Positions 38,626 through 51,925 are shown, numbered from the stretch's first letter. The stretch is DNA of 64,000 bases from Octopus vulgaris (GCA_951406725.2 OX597831.1:43586001-43650000), one strand, 5' to 3'. Notes: generated from the sequence alone by a model not told the origin. Translations and numbers: made by a program.

Positions 38626-39744
38626 ATGCTGGCTCTTAAGGGTTTCCTGGTTTCCATGGCATATGAATTATCCACTTTGATGGGACGCTGGTCTGTCGCA
38701 GCTGAATGGACTAGAGCAATGTAAAATGTAGTGTTTAGCTCAAGAACACAATGTGTCACCCGGTCCATGAATCGAAACCACAATCTTTGTCCAACACCCT
38801 AACCATTTAGCCACTTGCCTCCACATGCATTTCTTGTCAGCAACCCATAACTCTGTCCAAACAAAGTAATATGTCCCTATAGCCAGGCATGTTTTTCATG
38901 GAAGACTCGAAATGAAGGACACTGCATGAATGACAGTGAAACTTGATGTCCAAGGCTAGGACACAAACACACACACACACAGACACACACACACACACCA
39001 CACACACATACACAGAAAATGGATTTTTAGGTTTCTCTCTACCATATCCACTCACAAAGTTTGCTTTGGTTAGCCTGGGCCTGTAGTAGAAGATTCTTGT
39101 CCAAGATGCCATGCAGTGGGATCGAACCCAAAGTGAAGGAATGTGACTTAGAGGTTAGGGTGCTGGGCACGTGATTATAAGATTATGGTTTTGATTCCTG
39201 GACTGGGCGACATATCGCGTTCTTGAGCAAAACACCTCAGTTCAATTTGCTCCAATCCACTTAGGGGGTAAAACTGAGTAATCCTGCAACAGACCAGCAT
39301 CTCTTCCAGCTGGGGAATTTATATGCCACAGAAAGCAGCCCTTGAGAGCCAACATGACTTGAGAAGGTAAACTTTACCCTACTCTTAATATGTGCCATAT
39401 GTGAAGGCATGTGGCTTAGTGGTTAGGGAATTAGACTCATGATAATAAGATTGTGGTTTCGATTCTTGGACCGGGCGATGTGTTGTGTTCTTGAGCAAAA
39501 CACTTCATTTCACTTTGCTGCAGTGAACTCAGCTGGCAAAAATGAGTAATCCTGCGACGGACCTGCGTCCTGTTCAAATGGGGAATACATGTGCCATGGA
39601 ACCAGGAAACTGGCTCTTGTGAGTCGACATGACTGGAGACATTAGCTTTATCTTTACCTTTATTTACTGAATCCAACACTATGTGATTGCTAAGCAAACC
39701 TTTTAACCACACACCCATGTCTGAGCCTATGCTCTCTTTTCTTC

Positions 39745-40122
39745 TCTTTTATTTGTTTCAGTCATTTGACTGTGGTCATGCTGGAGCACTGCCTTTAGTT
39801 GAGCAAATCGACCCCAGGACTTATTTATTGTAAGCCTAGTACTTATTCTATCGGTCTCTTTTGCCAAACCGCTAAGCTACAGGGATGTAAACACACCAGC
39901 ATCGGTTGTCAAGTGATGTTGGAGGGACAAACACACACATATATATACATATATATATATGACAGGCTTCTTTTAGTTTCTGTCTACCAAATCCACTTAC
40001 AAGGCTTTGGTCAGCCTGAGGCTATAGTAGAAGACACTTGCCCAAGGTGCCACATAGTGGGAATGAACCCGGAACTATGTGGTTGGTAAGCAAGCTAATT
40101 ACCACACAGCCACTCTGGCGTC
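39745..40122 (-). mobile_element. SINE family A, full length
   Basis: Reverse complement of the family A consensus. Confidence 0.85.
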
Positions 40123-40627
40123 TATATTAAAAAAGCAAGTATAATGACCCTTCATGAGTCATATAGACTCACAGAGTCAGTTTCCTGGCTTCAGTGACGT
40201 ATATACACAGTACTGGGTGGGACGCCAGTCTGTCATGGGATTATTCAGTTTTGCCAGTTGAGTGGACTGGAGCAACATGAAACAAAGTGTTTTGCTCAAG
40301 AACACAACATGTTGCTCGGTCTAGGAATTGAAACCACAATCTTATGATCACAAGTCCAGCACCCTAACCACTAAGCCATGCAACTCCACTGAGCCTATGC
40401 TAAAAGAAAAAAAAAATAATTGAGGAGAAAGATCATAGAAATATATATGGAGATGTGAAAATAGTTGTTAAAAATATACCCGGTTTCTACAAAGTTATTG
40501 GTTGGATTAAACAGTGTGTAGTTTGAGTTGTGGGAGACAATGTTGTAATCATCTCTTGGACCAAAGTAGAAGAGAAAGAGAGAGAGAGAGAAAGAGTATA
40601 GAGTAAAACGATCATGTTGAAGCAAAG

Positions 40628-40682
40628 TTATAAAATATAGCATCTTTCATCCGGATTCTGATTCAATGCATTTTTACATGAT
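40628..40682 (-). CDS. Possible terminal coding exon ending in a CaaX motif (SCKNALNQNPDERCYIL*)
   Basis: Strong acceptor tctttttcttctcag| followed by a phase-2 frame ending CYIL-stop; no upstream coding exon identified. Confidence 0.3.
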
Positions 40683-41744
40683 CTGAGAAGAAAAAGATTT
40701 GATAAATATAAATAAAGTGGGGGAAAAAAAATGCGTGTGAAGAGATTTATATATTGGAAGTATTCAAGAAGTGTTACTCCATTAAGCAATATCTGCTGCT
40801 ATCAGTCTAGATAGCAAATAGCATTGAGATCTCTTTCTTTCTTTTTTTCATTGTCTTTCTATGTCTCTGTCTCTCTCTCTTTCTTACTTTTTCTTTCTTT
40901 TGTTTTCTCTATCATTTATTTATTTCATTCTTACTTTCTTCTGTCCTTTCTGTCTGTCTATTTTTCTTTTTTTTCCTTTCTTTCTTTCTTTCTTTCTTTT
41001 TTGTTGTTTTACATTCATTTTGCCCCCCCCCCCTCCTTCCCCACCGTGTTAGCATGGGTGGAATGGTTTCTTTGCAGGAGCAGTTTTCAGCTGGATGATC
41101 TTCCACTGCCTAACCATTCAACTGTGAAGTAAGGAAGTGGAGCCTGTCTTTTGTTTGGTAAGGTAAAAATACAGCAGAGTTATGTGCCTTGTTCTGGGTC
41201 AGAACACACAATGGCTGTAATAAAATGTAGGAAAAACAAAAAACAAAAAACCAAAAAAAAACCCCCTTTACTCAAGAACAACGATCAACAACTTGTGTTT
41301 GTAATGGCTCACTTTTGATATCTTTCACTTTTTACGTTCGCCCTTGGGCCACATGTATGTTATATCATATCTTACATATGCAAATATTCTTGTGTATCTC
41401 ACCCACCGTTTCCATCCTTGAAAATGCTTACGTAAGCAAAAATTAAAGAAATTATGACATGGAAGACAATATAAAAAGCTACAAATGGTCTGCAAGTTTT
41501 TCTGTCTTTTATCTCGTACTTTTTACTCATTTCAGTCATTAAACTGTGGTCATGCTGGAGCACTGCCTTGAATGAATTGGCTCCAGTACTTATCTTTTTT
41601 TTTTTTTTTTTTTTTTGCAAGACTGGAACTTTCTCTATCAATTTCTTTTGCTGAACTGCTAAGTTATTGAGATGTAAACGCACCAACGCCAGTTGTCAAG
41701 CGGTGGTGGGTGACAAACACAGACACAAATAAAACATACACACA

Positions 41745-41798
<54 letters not shown>

Positions 41799-42928
41799 CA
41801 CCGACTTATGAATGAGTTCCGATCTGAGTGACAGGTCATAAGTCAATCTGGTCATGTTCCAGATTTATATTTTCCAACACTATTTTCATTCAAACACAGC
41901 TGAGGCTTGAAATTGACTGATTGAGAGACAGAGGCAGGAAGTGGATGCCTGGGTCTGAGGGAGGCGAGCGTTACCAGATGCTGCCATAGTTATCATTATG
42001 TGCAGCGGCACAATATCTGAAAATTGGGGTTTTTTTACATTCATTTATATATTGTGGTTGTAAGTGTGGATGGTTGTAAGTCACATAAGTCAAGGAGAAG
42101 GTGTATATGATGGGCTTCACTCAGTTTCTCTCTACAAAAGTGACGCACAAGATTTTGGTTGGCTCGAGGCCATGGTAGAAGAGACCTGTCCAAGGTGTCA
42201 TGAGGTAGGACTGAACCTGGAACCATGTAACTGGGAAGCAAAAGGCAAAAATTTTAAAAATCATAACACTAAAAGACTACCTAAAAGCTCAAATGACCCA
42301 CAAATATATTGAATTTCAAAAAAATACTTTTAGAAAAGGTGCCAGGTCCACAGAGAACATCTCAGTGGTTCATCTATTGATCAACAATTTATGTTGTCAA
42401 CCCCTGGCCTAGTCTCATTCTTTTGCAATGGTTTTAGATAGGAAGTAAGTATGCCACTTATAAACAGTTCAAAAGTAGAAGAAACTGGTTTGCTATGAAG
42501 AAGAGCAAACATCAAACATTTTGGTCCAGATTCATTCTTGTTACTCTCTGACAAAGAGTACTTCATAAAAAAACAATTTATTCCATTTTTGAATCGCTAA
42601 TTCCCAAGACTGACCACCACTGCTTAACTTAACTCTGCTGTTTTACTTTGAGTATAGTCTTTCCTCACATTTAATGATGGTTTTCAGAGATGAAAGCATT
42701 TAAGTATAACTTTATACTGGTTTCAAATTTGGCACAAAGCCAGCAATTCTGGAGGAAAGGTTAAGTTGATTAAATTGACCTCAGTGCTCAACTGGTACTT
42801 ATTTTATCGAACCCTTAAAGGATGAAAGAAAAAGTCGACCTCAGCGGGATTTGAACTCAGAACATAAAGATGAATGAAATATTGCTGAATATTTTGCCTA
42901 GCATGTTAATGATTTTGTCAGCTGGCGG

Positions 42929-43625
42929 CCTGGATTCTGCCAGCTTGCAGCCTGGATTCTGCCAGCGTGCTGCCTGGATTCTGTCTAATCATTGCCTGGA
43001 TTCTGTCTGATCACTGCCCGAATTCTGTCTGATCACTGCCCAAATTCTGACAGATTGCAGCCTGGATTCTGTCTGATAAATGCCTGGATTCTGCGAGATT
43101 GGTGCTTAGATTCTGTCTGATTGCTGCCTGGATTTTGCCAGCTTGCAGCCTGGATTATGTCTAATCACTGTCTGGATTCTGCCATTTTGATGCTTGGATT
43201 GTGCCAGCATGCAGCCTGGATTCTACCAGATTGCTGCCTGGATTCTGCCAGATTGCTACCTGGATTCTGTTAAATTGCTGCCTGGTTACTGCCAGATTGC
43301 TACCTGGATTCTGCTAGCTTGCAGCCTGGATTCTGTCTGATCACAACCTGTTTTCTACCAGCTTGCAGCCTGTTTTCTGCCAGCTTGCAGCTTGGATTCT
43401 GCCATCTTGCTATCTGGATTCTGTCTGATCGCTGCTTGGATTCTGCCACCTTGCAGCCTGGATTCTGCCACCTTGCAGCCCGGATTCTGTCCAATCATAC
43501 CCTGGATTCTGCCAGCTTGCTGCCTGGATTCTGTCCGATTGCTGCTTGGATTACTGCCAGAATCCAGCTCACAACCTGGATTCTGTCAGCTTGCAGCTTG
43601 CATTCTGCCAGCTTGCTGCCTGGAT
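42929..43625. repeat. 22-bp minisatellite (consensus CCTGGATTCTGCCAGCTTGCAG), roughly 31 units
   Basis: Tandem units visible; begins at the head of a minus-strand family B SINE (~42720-42930). Confidence 0.92.
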
Positions 43626-44770
43626 ATAACTTTATGCCAATAGAGCAAAGTGCAAAGATTATTTTCCTTTAGAATTAAGAACATTCACGAAGTTCAAGAA
43701 GAATGCTTCTTTGAAATGATTGAGTGCATAAGACTTGAAGGGAGAGAAAGAAGTCACTGCTTGTGATGAATCATTCAATACAAATTCGGATAGAACTGGC
43801 TTCCACCATTTAGAAGAATTCAGCAGTTATCAATATTGCAGAGAAAAGCAGAATGGGAATATTAGCAGTAGCAAAGTGTGAGCTCAGATGAATGCTTGAA
43901 AAAAACCATGAAAGATATTTGCTTTACGCTCAGTCACAATCAATACCAACAATAAGGACTTTTAGAGAATGAATAAAGAAGCAGACAAGATTATCCATTA
44001 TCCACCCAACAACTTCGACCACCTTTTAGAATTCAATATCTCTATCACTCGTGGAAAGAAAGTCAGTACAGCACCGATGACTTTTGGAAATGTGGTTGTA
44101 TGGTAAAAAGTTTGCTTCCAATGACATGGTTCCAGGTTCAGTCCCACTGCTTGGCACCTTGTGAGTGAATTTGGCAGACAGAAACCGAAAGAAGCCCATC
44201 GTATGTGTGTGCCTACGTGTGTGTTACCCCCACCACTTGACAACTGGTGTTGGTGTGTTTACATCCCTGTAACTTAGTGGTCTGGCTAAAGAGACCGACA
44301 GAATAACTACCAGGCCTTACAAACCAATAAGTACTGGGGTCGATTTGACTGAATGAAATTCTTCAAGGAGGTGCTCCAGCATGGTCACAGTCTAATAACT
44401 GAAACAAGTAAAAAATGAAAGATAAAAAGATACATCATTTTTCCATGCTCAAAGTTGTTGAAGCATGGAATAAGCTATCTGTGTCTATTGTAAACTGTTA
44501 GGACGGTGCATCCTTGAAAAATTCTGTTCTTCCTCATATTCACCAACACTATTCTTGGGGTACCTATGCACCCTTATTTTTATGACTTCTTTCATGCTCC
44601 CTTTCCTCTATTTCTTTTTTTTTTTTCTTGGCGTGTTCTATTCTGTATACTGTACATGTACTTCTGGCTTTCATCACTATCTTCCTTTCACTTATACATC
44701 TGCTTTTGGTCCTTTCTTTTAACTGTATCTGATAAGTCGTGATGCACCTGAAAACTGTATTCATTAACTT

Positions 44771-44801
<31 letters not shown>

Positions 44802-44924
44802 GCTACTGCTGCTACTACTACTACTACTACTACTACAACAACAATTGTTGTTGTTGTTGTAATGAGGCTAGGCTTTAATGTAGTGATCTGGCAGAACTGT
44901 TAGCATGCCAGGTGTAATGCTTAA

Positions 44925-45142
44925 TCTTTTACTCTTTTACCTGTTTCAGTCATTTGACTGCGACCATGCTGGAGCACCGCCTTTTAGTTGAGCAACTCGA
45001 CCCCAGTATTTATTCTTTGGAAGCCTAGTACTTATTCTATCGGTCATTTTTGCCGAGCTGCTAAGTTACGGGGATACGTCCCTGTAACTTAGCATCGGTT
45101 GTCAAGTGATGTTGGGGGGACAAACCCAGACACAAACATATG

Positions 45143-45175
<33 letters not shown>

Positions 45176-45181
45176 GTATAC

Positions 45182-45236
<55 letters not shown>

Positions 45237-45412
45237 TATACATATATACGACGGGCTTCTTTCAGTTTCTGTCTACCAAATCCACTCACAAGGCTTTGGT
45301 CGGCCCAAGGCTATAGTAGAAGACACCTGCCCAAAGTGCCACGCAGTGGGGCTGAACCCGGAACCATGTGGTTCGTAAGCAAGCTACTTACCACACAGCC
45401 ACTCCTATGCCT
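44925..45412 (-). mobile_element. SINE family A, full length with expanded microsatellite
   Basis: Reverse complement of the family A consensus. Confidence 0.85.
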
Positions 45413-47716
45413 AGCAGCATTTCATCCATACGTACACTCTAAGTTCAAATTCCACCGAGGTCAACTTTGCCTTTCATCCTTTTTTGGGTCGATGAAATAA
45501 ATACCAGTTAAACACTGGGGTTCATGTAATCGACTATCCTCCTGCCCCCAAATTTCAGGCCTTTGTGCCTAAAGTAGAAAGGACTATTATTATAATGTGT
45601 TTAGGCTTTAAGGCAGTGAGCTGACAGAGTCGTTAGCACACTGGACCAAATGCTGTGTAGCATATCATGTAAATTGAAAGAATTATTATAATGAGCTTAT
45701 TTTAAAGAGAGCTCAGGTGCAATGAAACTTTTAGGAAAAGGGTAAAAAAAAAAGGAGGCAGAGAATAGATATTGAGTCTGGTAAAGAAAGACAGAAAAGG
45801 TAGCAGAGATGCATAGAACACAGAATAAAACATAAGTAGGCATAAAAGTGATCAGCAAATGAGCCATAATGAGGAAAATACGTATAGGTACATCAGGAGT
45901 AGTGTTGTTATTTTGGGGAGCAGAGGAATTTTGAAGAATATAGAGCTAGAGAAATTAAACATCTCAACAAGAGATCAGGTTATCAAATGCAAAAGATACT
46001 GGTATTTTAATTACAAAAACTAAATAAATAAAATGAAATAAAATTTAAAAAAAATTTTTTTAATTAAAAATAAAACTAATGATCAACAAAAGAATTTGAA
46101 AAGCTGAAGAATTAGCATCTCTAAAAAAACAAAACAAAAAAAAAAATATTTGTAGTCTGCATCAACAAAAATTATACAGAGAAAGATGTGAGCTTGGATA
46201 GATTTGTATGTCATGGATGGATGGAGATTCTGACATTTTGAATTTGCCCTTTTGTCTGAGAGTAAAGGAAATTTTTAACTAACCAATACCTTAGAATTGA
46301 AATTTGATGGCAGGAAATTGTGTGTGTGTGTGCTTCTATGTTTGTATGACCCCCGTATAAAATAGTGAGTCGACTGGCAGCCATTTATTGAAAAAAAGTA
46401 AAATTTAGCTTATGTATTTAGTCATGTATAAGTTGCCTTCTTGTATAAGTCACATTCCAGATTTAGTGTTAAATCTTAGTACATTCCAGACTAAGCATTA
46501 AATCTTAGTATATTCTAAATTTAGCATTAAATCTTGGTAGAAATATTTTCCGCTTCGTATTCAAATGTGACATCAGATTTGCCGCCTGTATAAACCACAT
46601 CTTAGCTTTTTCAGTTAAAATCGAGTGACTTAATTACACCAGTAAATGCGGTAATTAGGATTGATAAAATAAGGACAGAGATTTCTATGATTAATTAAGA
46701 ACCTTAAAAGACATGTCCCAGCTACAGCCAAATGTCTGAAACCATTAAAATAAAGAATGTCTCATAATAAATCATGCCATGTTTAGAAACTACAATATTG
46801 CCAATAACGAATTTTCTAGAAATTTGTCAATGGTCAGAATCTGGAAAACGAGTTTGATATTTCTGCTATTTTGAGACATTAAAATTGATATTTAAATACT
46901 GGAACAAGTACAAAGAAAAGCAATTGCAAACAAGATATAGAAATCGGCACTTTTTTCATATTTCTTTCTTGTTTTGCTAAACTGGGAATATCTCATAAAA
47001 AGTATTTTTTGCCCGAAGTTATCAGATCTGATAGGAAAAAAAAAAGTAGTTTTCTTTTATTTCCTGAAGTTAAATTATATACACATATATATATATATAT
47101 ATATATATTTATTTGTATATATATATGTATGTATAGTCAAGACTATTGGAAAGGTTGCAAGACGCAACGAAAATTTTAGGAAAATAAAAATATAAAATAA
47201 GTGGAAATTTTACCGGTGAGTGTGTTAAATTATAAGGTACAAAAAGAAGATGACTTTCCCCAGACACAACAGAATATACTTCAACACATGAACGCACATA
47301 AAGAATCTTGCAAATCAAATCCCAAAACGAAATATATATACCTATATATACCTATACACACACACACGTACTCTACAGCAAATCATTCCAGTGGCATAAA
47401 GCACTTGTGGCATTGCCAAGTGAAAGTGCCCGTGCGACGTCACATAAAAGTGCTTGTGTGGTGTCATGAAAAAAAGCACAAGTGTGGTGCCACGTAAAAG
47501 TACCTGTGCTGTGCCACATAAAAGCAACCATGCCAGCATGGACTACAGACATTAAATGATGATGATATGTAAAATAAATGCACAGAGAGTATATATATAT
47601 ATATAAATTTATTTTGAATTAAAATTAATATACTTAATTTTAGTTTAAATAAATCTTCATATACTCACTGAGCATTTTCAACTTTATTTCTACAACGCTG
47701 CTACTTGTATGGATAG

Positions 47717-47798
47717 CTCTGATGAAGCTATAGGATGTTATTCAGACACTCAACGACAAGCTCACTGCACTGCATCTTATAGCAGAAACAGCTGTAAG
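47717..47798 (+). ncRNA. Type I hammerhead ribozyme motif with extended stem II
   Basis: ct-CTGATGA-a-GCTATAGGATG-(35 nt)-CATCTTATAGC-a-GAAA-cagct-GTA-ag: 11-bp stem II (one G-U), palindromic stem III, weak stem I. Confidence 0.65.
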
Positions 47799-47811
47799 GC
47801 AATGAAGTATA

Positions 47812-47863
<52 letters not shown>

Positions 47864-47865
<2 letters not shown>

Positions 47866-47983
47866 AAAATTTGTTGTTGAAAATGCACCTAAATTTAAAA
47901 GACTTGTTTTTTTTAAAATAAATTTATTTCAAAGCAATTACAAGTTTTTCAAATTTAGTTGCATCTTCTACAACAAATTTTCC
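47864..47983. repeat. 120-bp foldback palindrome (MITE-like)
   Basis: 44-nt arms GGAAAATTTGTTGT...ACTTGT / ACAAGT...ACAACAAATTTTCC with five mismatches; centre AAATAAATTTATTT is also palindromic. Confidence 0.8.
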
Positions 47984-48112
47984 GCCGCCGCTGATAAAAA
48001 TAAGCACCAGTTGAACACTGGAGTCAATGTCATTGACTAAGCCGCTACCCACAGCCCACTAAAGAATTGTTAATCTTGTGCCAAAATTTGAAACCATTAT
48101 ATGTAATAAATG

Positions 48113-48400
48113 TGGAGGCACATGGCCTAGTGGTTAGAGCAGCAGACTCGCGGTCGCGGGATTGCTGGTCCAAATCTCAGACCGGGTGATGTGTATGTTT
48201 ATGAGCGAACATCTAAGCTCCACGCGGCTCTGGCAGAAGGTAATGGCGAACTTCAGCTGACTCCTTCGCTACAACTTTTTCTCACCCTTGCAGCTCACCT
48301 GCGATGGACCAGCGTCCCGTCCAGGTGGGGAACCTATATGCCAAGGAAACCAGGAAACTGGCCCTTATGAGCTAGGCATGGCTCAGGAAGGAACAAACAA
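48113..48400 (+). mobile_element. SINE family D
   Basis: Homologous to 15918-16225. Confidence 0.8.
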
Positions 48401-49304
48401 CATATGTAATAAATATAAAATGGTGAACAAAAGAATTATTTGAACTTTCAGAAAAATATTTTGCAGTATTTTTTCCAGCTCTATGTATTCTAAGATCAAA
48501 TATCACTGAGGGCACCTCTGCTTTAATCCCACCAGAGGTCAATAAAATGAATTATTGACTCATCCCTAGCCCCTAATAATTGTTGGTCTTGTGCTTAAAT
48601 CAGAACTGTTATTAAGTATTAAACATATATAGGCATGGCTGTGTGGTTATGAAGCTTAGTTGGTAATCGGATGGATTTAGGTTCAGTTCCATCCTGTGGC
48701 ACCTTGGGCAAGTGTCTTCTACTATAACTCTAAATCACCTTGTGAGTGGATGTGGCAGACAGAAACTGTGAAGAAGCTTGTCACACATACACACACACAT
48801 ACACTCATATATGTATTTGTATGTGTGTGTGTGTGTTTGTCCCCAAGCAGTTTGATAGCAGGTGTTGATTTGTTTATATCCCTATAACTTTGCAGTTTGG
48901 CAAAATAGATCGATAGAAAAAGCTCCAGGCATAAGATATGTCCCGCATTATAACGATGTAACTTTGTCGTCAGCGTGACTGGCCCGAACGGCATACCCCA
49001 CCGACTGACACCGCTTGCTGTGTCTGTCCACCATTTATCAGTAGTGGAACAGCCCACTTCTCACTTGGGGGTGACCGCCACAATAAAAATTAAACACTGG
49101 GGGTTGGTTTGTTTCACTAACCCCTTCAATGTGGTGCTCCAGCATGGCCATGGTCTAATGACTGAAATAAAAGATAAAGCAAAGGAGTGTGAGTTAGCAG
49201 AATTGTTAGAATACTAGACAAATGCCTTGTGGTACTTATTCTGGTTTGCAGTGCTATGAGTTATAATCCCACTGAGGTTAACTTGACCTTTGATTCTTCT
49301 AAGG

Positions 49305-49617
49305 CAGAGGTTCTCAAACTTTTTGGGCCACTGCCCCCCTCGTGGCCACATAATACCCTCAGTGCCCCCACCCCTATTTTTATGTATAAATAAATATTTT
49401 ATATTTGACTGACTTATATATACTACGAATCATTGATATTTAATATAATATTATATAATTTGTATACAATACTATAATATTATAATAAATTCATAGTGTG
49501 CCCCAATCCACTGCCTTCTTCCCAACACCTCCTTTTTCTCTATCGCCCCATCTCCACTGCCTTCTTAGGCACCAGCACCCACCTGGACCGTCTCAACGCC
49601 CACTTTGAGAACCTATG
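49305..49617. mobile_element. hAT/Charlie-like MITE
   Basis: TIRs CAGAGGTTCTCAAA / TTTGAGAACCTATG; perfect 8-bp TSD ttctaagg at 49297-49304 and 49618-49625. Confidence 0.88.
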
Positions 49618-49781
49618 TTCTAAGGTAAATAAATAATATATTACTCAAATGCAGGTGTCACTTTTTTCTCGTCAACTCCCACTCAGTTTCTTGTGTTGTG
49701 CGAGCTTTAATTGGTAGACGGGGAAACATTAGAATGTTTATGGTTATAAAGATGGTTCTTCTGCTTCGGAAATTGAATCAC

Positions 49782-49832
<51 letters not shown>

Positions 49833-50082
49833 TGTTGTCGTCATCATCATCATCATCATCATCATTATCTTTGTTCATTGTCGTTGCTGTCATCATCATC
49901 GTCGTTGTCGCTATTTAACGTCCACGTTCCATACTGACATGGGTTGGACAGTTTGACAGGATCTGATTTATACGAGGACCACATTGAACTCCAATATTTG
50001 CTTTGGCCATATTTTCACAGCATGGATTGGGGGTGTCTCTTTTAGTACCACCTGCACCATTGAGGATATATATGTGTGTTTG

Positions 50083-50119
<37 letters not shown>

Positions 50120-50382
50120 AGTGCAGGAATGTGTGGTAAGAAGCTTGCTTCCCAACCACAAGGTTCCAGGTTCAGTCCAACTGCGTGATACCTTGGGCAA
50201 GTCTCTTCTACCATGGCGTCAGGCCAACCAAAATCTTGTGAGTGGATTTGCTAGACGGAAACTGAAAGAAGTCCGTTGTGTATATGTGTGTGTGTATTTG
50301 TGTGTGTGTCTGTGTTTGTCCCCTACCATCGCTTGACAACCAATGTTGGTGTGTTTACGTCCCTGTAACTTTTCGATGGCCC

Positions 50383-50443
50383 GATAACTGAAGAGATGCT
50401 GGTGTGGGTTTTGGCCCCAACATCCAAAACTCGGAGTTTTATC
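50383..50443 (+). ncRNA. Type I hammerhead ribozyme motif with a core mutation (GAAA to AAAA)
   Basis: gataa-CTGAAGA-gatgctgg-loop-ccaacatc-c-AAAA-ctc-g-gaGTT-ttatc: stems I, II and III all present. Confidence 0.55.
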
Positions 50444-50992
50444 ATGGCTACTGAATAATTGTGACATATCATATTTACAGATGAATTCCTCTATTTACAT
50501 AATATCGAGGTCTCTTTCATTCTTTTGTTCTCTGGCCATTTCTATCAGTATGTATGTATGTATGTATGTATGTATGTATGATGCATAAACAGAGCCTGAA
50601 AGATTGCTTTAAGATACATGGCATATTTTATAAATATACCAGTTCAAGTATCATAATAGTATGAAACTATTAGTAGCTCTTTTCGATGTGTTTTTAAATT
50701 GATACATATATATATATATGCAAATGTATGTATGAGCAATGATAAGGGCAGTGGATTAGCAAACTCTGTAGCTAGCCAGGTTAAAAAGCCAACTTTACTA
50801 TTCATCCGTCTGAGGTTGATAAAATATCAGAATCAATATGAACGACATATCTACGTCTTCAAAACATGAGGCTTTTTGCCTATGTTAGACATAAGGTATA
50901 ATATTAAAGACAATAGATTCTACCTAATGAAATTATGATTATCTGTCGTAATGGACCTATTCGATATGAGAAATAAGTATGGTATTGACCTG

Positions 50993-51109
50993 CGGGGTCA
51001 ATAAATTAAGTACCAGTTACGCACTGGGGTCGATGTAATCGACTTAATACCTATGTCTGTCCTTGTTTGTCCACTCTATGTTTAGCCCCTTGTGGGTAAT
51101 AAAGAAATA
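50993..51109 (+). mobile_element. 5'-truncated family B SINE
   Basis: 12-bp TSD ggtattgacctg at 50981-50992 and 51110-51121. Confidence 0.85.
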
Positions 51110-51452
51110 GGTATTGACCTGTTGGACTTTTCACTCTTTGCCTGTCTAAAATATTTTTTTATAGGTTTGTCCTAAATGACGTCCATCTTTTCAGACTTTT
51201 AAGTTAGCCCATGATTTGTAAGTTCTGAATAATATAAAGCTTTCATTTCATAAGTTCCAAGTTATTCTGGTGGTGGGAAAAAAATTTGAGAATGTGTATC
51301 ATGTATGATGCATGGACATCAGGGAAGTATGTCCTGTATATCTCATGTGTTACATGAGGACAGGCAAAAGGTAAAATAATAATAGCATGTAAAAGCTTAA
51401 GAGACTCTGATAAAGAAGTGTGCAAATTTATAGTGTTCGCATGTCCAATTGT

Positions 51453-51925
51453 TCATCATCATCATCATCATCGTTTAACGTCCGCTTTCCATGCTAGCAT
51501 GGGTTGGACGGTTCAACTGGGGTCTGGCAAGCCCGAAGGCTGCACCAGGCCAGTCAGATCTGGCAGTGTTTCTACAGCTGGATGCCCTTCCTAACGCCAA
51601 CCACTCCGAGAGTGTAGTGGGTGATTTTATGTGCCACCGACACAGGTGCCAGACGAGGCTGGCAGACGGTCACGCTCGAATGGTGTTTTTTATGTGCCAC
51701 CGACACAGGTGCCAGACGAGGCTGGCAGACGGCCACGCTCGGATGGTGTTTTTTATGTGCCACCGACACAGGTGCCAGACGAGGCTGGCGAACGGTTACG
51801 ATCGGATGGTGTTTGTTACGTGCCCACAGCACGGGGCCAGTCGATGCGGTACTGGCTACGGTCCCGTTCGGATGGTTTTCTTATGTGCCACCGGCACTGG
51901 TACCACAAGGATACAAATTCCATTG
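51453..51925 (-). mobile_element. Young RTE-type LINE 3' UTR fragment with ~63-bp tandem triplication
   Basis: (CAT)n tail; TTTTATGTGCCACCGACACAGGTGCCAGACGAGGCTGGC occurs three times; CpG-rich. Confidence 0.85.

Noticed and set aside
41800-42020. Possible minus-strand exon after ttttcag at ~42017
   Set aside because: Weak polypyrimidine tract, ambiguous donor and no recognisable product.
43300-43672. ORFs across the 22-bp array
   Set aside because: Translations are periodic products of the minisatellite.
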